Assembly: GCA_965112735.1 (NCBI GenBank)
Contig: OZ218962.1
Location: 3,038,001-3,102,000, forward strand
Reading direction: 5' to 3'
From: Phaeosaccion multiseriatum
Lineage: Eukaryota > Protista > Ochrophyta, other classes
DNA length: 64,000 nucleotides
The translations under genes were made by a program, and so were the position numbers. Every line of letters begins with the position of its first letter. Position 1 is the stretch's first letter. Below the pieces are notes generated by a model. The model searched no databases, was not told where the DNA came from, and saw only the letters and a list, made by a program, of their open reading frames with translations. Shown one piece after another: positions 59,276 through 64,000 of the stretch.

Positions 59276-62200
59276 CTCTCTGTCCATGTGGCTCTCATGC
59301 CCCTTCTGCCTCTCCTCAGGGCGCTGGACATGTTCAAATCCGCCGACGCTGCCAATGTTGAGGCGATGACGTCATTCTCCTCCACCCGCCCCACCGGCCT
59401 GTATCACTGGTGAGCAGTGAACCCCGCCCATACAGAGGCATACGGGCACATGCAGAGGCGTACACACACACACGGGGGGGAGGGCCAAGGAGCTGTCGCA
59501 CTCACCCCTCCCTCCCTCCCTCCCTCCCTCCCTCCCTCCCTCCATCCATCCATCCCTCCCTCCCTCCCTCGCTCCCTCCCTCTCTCCCTCCCTCCCCCCC
59601 TCCTTCCCTCGCTCCCTCCCTCGCTCCCTCCCTCCCTCCCTCCCTCCCTCCCTCCCCCCATCCTTCCCTCGCTCCATCTCCGCATATACTTCTCTCCCTC
59701 AAAGGGTCAACGCTTACATGCTTGAAGCCTTCAGTCGCCCCCCACCCCCTCTCCTTGACGAGGAGGCAGCACACCTCTCACCGCTACTTCAGAGCCATGG
59801 CCAGGGCCAGGGTCAGGGTCAGCCCTCCTCGATGGGTGCCCCCCCAGGCTACTCTGCCGCCGCCAGCTTCTACTATCTGCAGGAGCTGCTGGAGGGAGAG
59901 GGGAAGGGGCAGGGGCAGCAGTTGGTGATACAACAGCGTCTGCCGGGCAAGGTACGACTGACACATACATCGAGTGCCATCCATGGCACATCGTATGGCG
60001 GTACTGTGCAGTACAGTGCGTTGTGGTGCGCACACATCCTCTTCCCTCTTCCCTCTTCCCTCCTCCCTCTTCCTTCTTCCCTCTTCCCTGCTCTCTCTTC
60101 CCTCCTCCCTCTTCCCTCTTCCCTTCTCCCTCTTCCCTCTTCCCTCTTCCCTCTTCCCTCTTACCTCTTCCCTCCTCCCTCTTCCCTCCTCCCTCTTCCC
60201 TCTTCCCTCTTCCCTCTTCCCTCTTCCCTCTTCCCTCCTCCCTCTTCCCTCCTCCCTCCTCCCTCTTCCCTCTTCCCGCCCTCCCTCTTCCCTCTTCCCT
60301 CTTCTCTCTTCCCTCTTCCCTCTTCCCTCTTCCCTCTTCCCTCCTTCCTCGTTGGACTAGGAAGTGCACGATCCGTGAGGCCTGATGCACCCACCACCCA
60401 CCCCCCACCCACCCCCCACCCACCCACCCAAACCCGCCCCCACCCACTGCCCGCATCCACTGCCATCCACCGCCACCCGTTACCATTCCCATCTACTGCC
60501 ATCCAAGGTGCTGTACGATCTGGGGCGCTCTCTGTACCGCTTGGGTTTCCGCTCTGCGGCGCTTCACCTGATGCGCACAGGGCACAAACAGTGCACGCAG
60601 GACAGCGCTCTCAAGGCAAAAGGTAGAAGGGTCTGTATCACGAACATGTGTATGTGTAAGGGCCTGCGTGTGTGTGTTTGTGTGTTTGTGTGTGTGTGTG
60701 TGTCTGCGTGTCTGTGTGTGTCTGTGTATATATGTGTGTGTGTCTGTGTGTGTCTGTTTGTGTGTTTGTGTGTGTGTCTGTGTGTGTGTCTGTGTGTGTC
60801 TGTGTGTATGTGTGTGTGTTTGTGTGTGTGTCTGTGTGTGTCTGTGTGTATGTGTGTGTCTGTGTGTATGTGTGTGTGCGTGTGTGAGAGAGAGAGTGTG
60901 TCTGTATGTCTGTGTATACTGTATGTGTGTACCTGTGTGTGTGCGTGCGTCGACCTCCCCTGCCATCCCACGCCCCTGCCATCCACTGCCATCCCACCCC
61001 CCTGCCCTCCACGATGCAGACGAAACCGTTGCCGTTGAGCAAAAGTCCAACAAGAGGAGGGCAGAAGGAGGGGCAGCAGGAGAGGGTGTCAGTGGTGGAG
61101 CCGCATCCACTGCCATCCCCCCCACGGACACCAACTGCCTGCAGATGGAGGTGTGGCTGTGTCTGGAGATGGACACCATCGGAGAGAGCAGTGAGGAGGG
61201 GGGCCCTTCTTCGGGTCCTTCGAGCGACGCTCAGCGGTGGCAGGTACGTGCTCTCTGCAGCCAAGGCAAAGCCAACGCCAGTTGTGAGGCCCACGTGACA
61301 CGTTTCGTGTATGTCAGACAGTCTCCCTCAATCTCCTGTCATCTCCCTCAATCTCCTGTCATCTCCCTCTCCCTCAATCTCCTGTAATCTCCCTCTCCCT
61401 TCGTCCCTCCCTCGCTCACTCTCTACCTTCCTCCCTCCTCGCTCTCTTTCGACCTCTGCGGCTCTCACCCCCCTCCCTCCCTGCCTGGGCACCCACGGGA
61501 TGACTTGACACACCCAAGGAGGTGGAACAGTGCGTGGACTCACTTCTCAGAAGCGCCGAGGAAGGTTCCTCAGACATGCCGCAGGTGGGGCACGTGAGAG
61601 ACTGACTAAACAAGCCTTACGTAGGAGCACGTACCCGTGTACGTACATACGCGGATTTCTGATACCTTTTTATCTGTGTAACTTCCTGCTTCACCCAACC
61701 CCAGCAAGCTGATACCCAACCTCCGGTGCCCAACTCCGGCAAGCAGGTGCCTGTGGAGGATATGTTCGAGATGCTTCCTCTTCTCTCTTCTCTACAGCTC
61801 GTAGGGGGGAGCGGGCCGTATCACCAACGGCTGGAGCCGCTGCTGCGCAATGTTTCCCTTCTACTACGGCACCTCTCTCCAGACCTTGAAATCGAGAGCC
61901 TCTCCAAGGGGACAGGAGGAAAAGCTAGGCCAGTTGGTGATACAGCAGCAGCAGGGGCAGGGGATAGGCAGGCAGAGCGCGGGCCCGCAGGCACCGACGA
62001 GGGCCCCATCAAGGTGAGCTAGCTGCTGCTGTATCACCAACTGCGATATCACGACGGCTGCTGCTGCTGCTGCTACCGTATCACCAACTGCTGTATTCCC
62101 GACTGCTGCCCATCGCGTTCACCTCCTTTGCTGCTCTGCTCTGCTCTGCTCTGCTCTGCTCTGCTCTTCGCCCCTCCTCGTACGTCTCCAATCTCCCTCC

Positions 62201-62351
62201 TCCCCATATGCCTGCAACCCTCCCCAGGTGGGCTTTGTGCTGGCATCCCTGAGCAGTGGTGATGCCGTCACTCGTTCCTTTTGGAGAGTCGTGCGCAGCC
62301 TGGACCCCTCCCTCTTCGCAGCCACGCTCTTCACCTTCCCCTACAGAGAAG

Positions 62352-62397
<46 letters not shown>

Positions 62398-64000
62398 ATG
62401 TGTTTATGTGTTTATGTGTTTATGTGTGTGTGCGTGCAGCTCCTCCAACAGCTTCAGGCTCATCGTCCCTGACATACCCCTTCCCTTCCGTTCACGGTGC
62501 CCTCACCCCCTCTCCCCTTCTTCTCCTCCCCTCCCTCTCTCCATCTCCCCCTCTCCCCTCTCCCTTCCTGCCTACATGCCTGCCTATATACCTGCCTATA
62601 TGCCTGCAGATGGGTTGTACCTGCCCCCCTCGCCACCACCCGCCCATGTCAAGGTGGTGGTGCTGCCGTATATGAACATCGGGGCGGCACGGCAGCTCAT
62701 CGGAAGGCAACAGATGGACGTCCTGCTGTGGTCAGACTGGTGCGTGCGTGCGTGTGTGAGGGAGGGAGAGGGTGACGCCACGCCACGCCACACACATGTA
62801 GTCCGAAACGTTCGCTTCTGGCTGAAACCGCATTTGCTTTTGTTGCTACCTGTTCTCGTCTGCCCTATTTTCTCTCTTCTTCTCCCTTCTCTCTCTCCCT
62901 CCCACCCACTCTCTCTCCCTGTCCTCTATCCCCCTTCCACCCTCTCTCTATCTCCCTCCCCCCCTACCCCACCCTTCCTCCCCTCCAGGCTGGAGACGGG
63001 CCCTTTCCTCCTCGCACACACACGTATGGCTCCCCTCCAGGGCGTGCTCTGGTCTACAGGCCTGCCCATATACCTACCGCATATGGACATACACCTCACC
63101 TCAGACCTCCTTCCGCGCCAACCCGGAAACCTCATTGATGTCCTCAATACTGCGAGTGGCCCTTCGTCTTTGGGCTCAGAGGACGATGCAGCAGATGGCG
63201 ACGATGGTCCGGAGGTTGTGTCTGTGAGGGGCCTTCCGTGGCTGCTGGAGGGAGTGGAGGGTACTCAGTGGGAAGGGCAGCAAGAAGGGCGGGAGGGGCA
63301 GGAGGGGGACGGGGAAGGGGAAGGGGACGATAGCAGAGGCAGCATGGAAGGGGACAGCGATGGGAACACCAGTGGTGATGGCAGCGCCACCACCACCACC
63401 ACCACCACCAGCAGCAGCAGCAGCAGCAGCCGCATCAGCAGCCGCGTCAGCAGCACCAACAACAGCTTCAGCAAGCAGCGTGAGGTGAAGGGTGCGAAGG
63501 GTGGGAGGGGTGGCAGCCCTCGATATGAGTACCATGGCCACTTGTTCTTCGAGCACCAGAGGCTCTATGTCGTGCCTCCCGTGCCCCCCGGGTACCTCTC
63601 CCCGGCCTTTGACGAGGCCATCAGCGGCATCCTCAAAAAGGATCCCGACGCGGAAATCGTGTATCTGAAGGAGTCGGATGGAGGAGGAGGAGGAGGAGGA
63701 GGAGGAGCAGGAGGAGGAGGAGGAAGAGGAGCAGCAGCAAGAGGGGGAGGAGGGTCGCTTCACGCTCACCTCCTCCTCCAGCGAAGAGAACGAGCAGAAG
63801 AGGCGAGGCGGAGGGGAGGAAAGCAAGGGTTTCGGAATGAAGGTGGTGATAGCAACGGAGACGATCGGGGCACCAGCAACGGCTCCTACCCCCCCGAGGG
63901 ACTGGAAGATGAGAAGGAGGACGAACATGATAGTAGTGGTGGAAGTGGTGGAAGTGGTGGAAGTGGTGGTGGTGGTGGCGGTGGTGGGGGCGTCCCGGGG
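56032..64000 (+). CDS. Multi-exon type II membrane TPR + GT41 (SPINDLY/OGT/HMW1C-like) glycosyltransferase; 3' end outside window
   Basis: N-terminal [20 protein letters not shown]-like [30 protein letters not shown] and [20 protein letters not shown]41-like IK|VGFVLASL...[60 protein letters not shown]. Confidence 0.75.
56478..56665. repeat. (CCT)n microsatellite followed by (CTG)n/(CTA)n in intron
   Basis: Directly visible. Confidence 0.95.
60040..60345. repeat. (TTCCCTC)n heptamer array in intron
   Basis: Directly visible. Confidence 0.92.

Overview
Eukaryotic nuclear DNA from an intron-rich, microsatellite-rich photosynthetic stramenopile (ochrophyte), inferred from signal peptide + AF-type plastid targeting sequences and a nuclear red-type cbbX. 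Spliced genes reconstructed by hand: 3' end of a PD-(D/E)XK Fe-S nuclease gene, PAP/fibrillin, cbbX, a Cys-rich mucin-like membrane protein, a polyQ/AT-hook/TDBD-like chromatin protein, msrA, a MED8-like gene (4.8-kb intron mostly filled by a compound satellite), a myristoylated EF-hand protein, a PPR protein and a TPR-GT41 glycosyltransferase (runs off the right end). Intronless accessory genes lie between them: one intact and three decayed F-box-like/FNIP-type LRR genes with hypervariable loops, a 7TM protein and an ankyrin-BTB pseudogene. There is also a 5'-truncated RT-RLE (CRE-like) non-LTR retrotransposon with a 12-bp TSD, plus short remnants sharing its 3' end. Most striking unexplained signals: (1) a ~15-nt motif CAGTTGGTGATACAG in >20 dispersed copies on both strands and in several reading frames, often as inverted pairs; (2) cassette-like hypervariable FNIP repeats linked to retroelement 3' ends; (3) complementary repeats polarised at the two ends of introns. 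No rRNA, tRNA or CRISPR array recognised. All exon boundaries, counts and family assignments were made by eye, without database searches.
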